From: the human T2T-CHM13v2.0 reference genome, Homo sapiens
Direction: 5' to 3' (one strand)
NCBI RefSeq assembly: GCF_009914755.1
Contig: NC_060933.1
Length of the DNA: 64,000 bases
Below the pieces are notes generated by a model. The model saw nothing but the letters and a program-made list of their open reading frames with translations. It did no database searches and was not told the origin of the DNA. Within the stretch, counting starts at the first letter, position 1; every line of letters starts with the position of its first letter. A program made the position numbers and the translations under genes. Below, piece by piece: positions 63,295 to 64,000 of this stretch.

Positions 63295-64000
63295 CTTGTG
63301 TTAGTGGTACATCCAGCCTTGGAAGGGTGCTTTGATACGGGCTGAAACTGCAACTAAGATCCTGCTGGACTAAAATCTTCTGGCTGGGAGGAGAGGAGTG
63401 AGCTTGGATGTGTCTCTATGGAATATGCCCTTGTTAGGATTTCACTTTCGGCCTCTTTCATTCTTGAAATTCTCACCAAGGGGTCAGCTAGTGAGTTTAT
63501 GGCTTTCATCTGATTCTATTCTCAGTCCTGCATAGACCTGGGTATACGCTGTTGGCCTAGGCTGGCTGTGCCGTGGGCTTACAGAGAAGTGCTCATTGGC
63601 TTTTCGTTGGATTCGCCTCTCCATGCCTTTTCTTGCCTGGGAGCATTACAGCCTTGAGTACCAGGCTTGGAGTGTGGGGCCAGTGGCCAAGGAGGCCACC
63701 ACCCTGCTTTTGGTCCAGGCCTTTTAGGCCGACCTGCACAGCATGGGCAAAAAGTCCTTGCAATGATTTACATACTATCCAGTCCAGCTTCCCAAGGATC
63801 CCTCAGAGGGGTTAGAGACTCAAACCCAAGCCCTGTAGAAACAGGCACTGTGATTCATGTGGGGACCATCCCCATCCATGTTCCTTGTGGACTTGTGTTA
63901 TTGGTATGCAGCTGTCAGAGAACTGGAGAATTTAAGATCCTGGTCATTCATCTGTTATCTTATATCTCAGAGATGCAGATGACACCCTGCTTCTAAAATT

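Overview
Primate, almost certainly human, genomic DNA. It is AT-rich, CpG-depleted and dense in Alu, L1, L2, MIR, MaLR-LTR and MER elements. The only coding sequence I can support is a 46-nt exon at 57982-58027 encoding MAEAELHKERLQAIA, the N-terminus of paralemmin-2 (PALM2 / PALM2AKAP2; recognised from memory). It lies in a CpG-island promoter (~57280-58130) that also holds a candidate upstream first exon ending ATG-CA|gt. The other ~57 kb is upstream or intronic non-coding sequence, and nearly all listed ORFs are chance or repeat-derived. The most unusual structure is a set of short, locally templated duplications, all about 92-95% identical to their donors. The centrepiece is a patchwork insertion at 19614-19996: a 19-bp direct repeat encloses fold-back filler, an inverted copy of 22795-22938 and a direct copy of 25849-25952. 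This looks like a fixed scar of multi-template-switch break repair. Also present are a twin-primed inverted L1PA, a candidate L1 3' transduction and a near-abutting tail-to-tail Alu pair. Repeat subfamily calls and boundaries were made by eye and are approximate.
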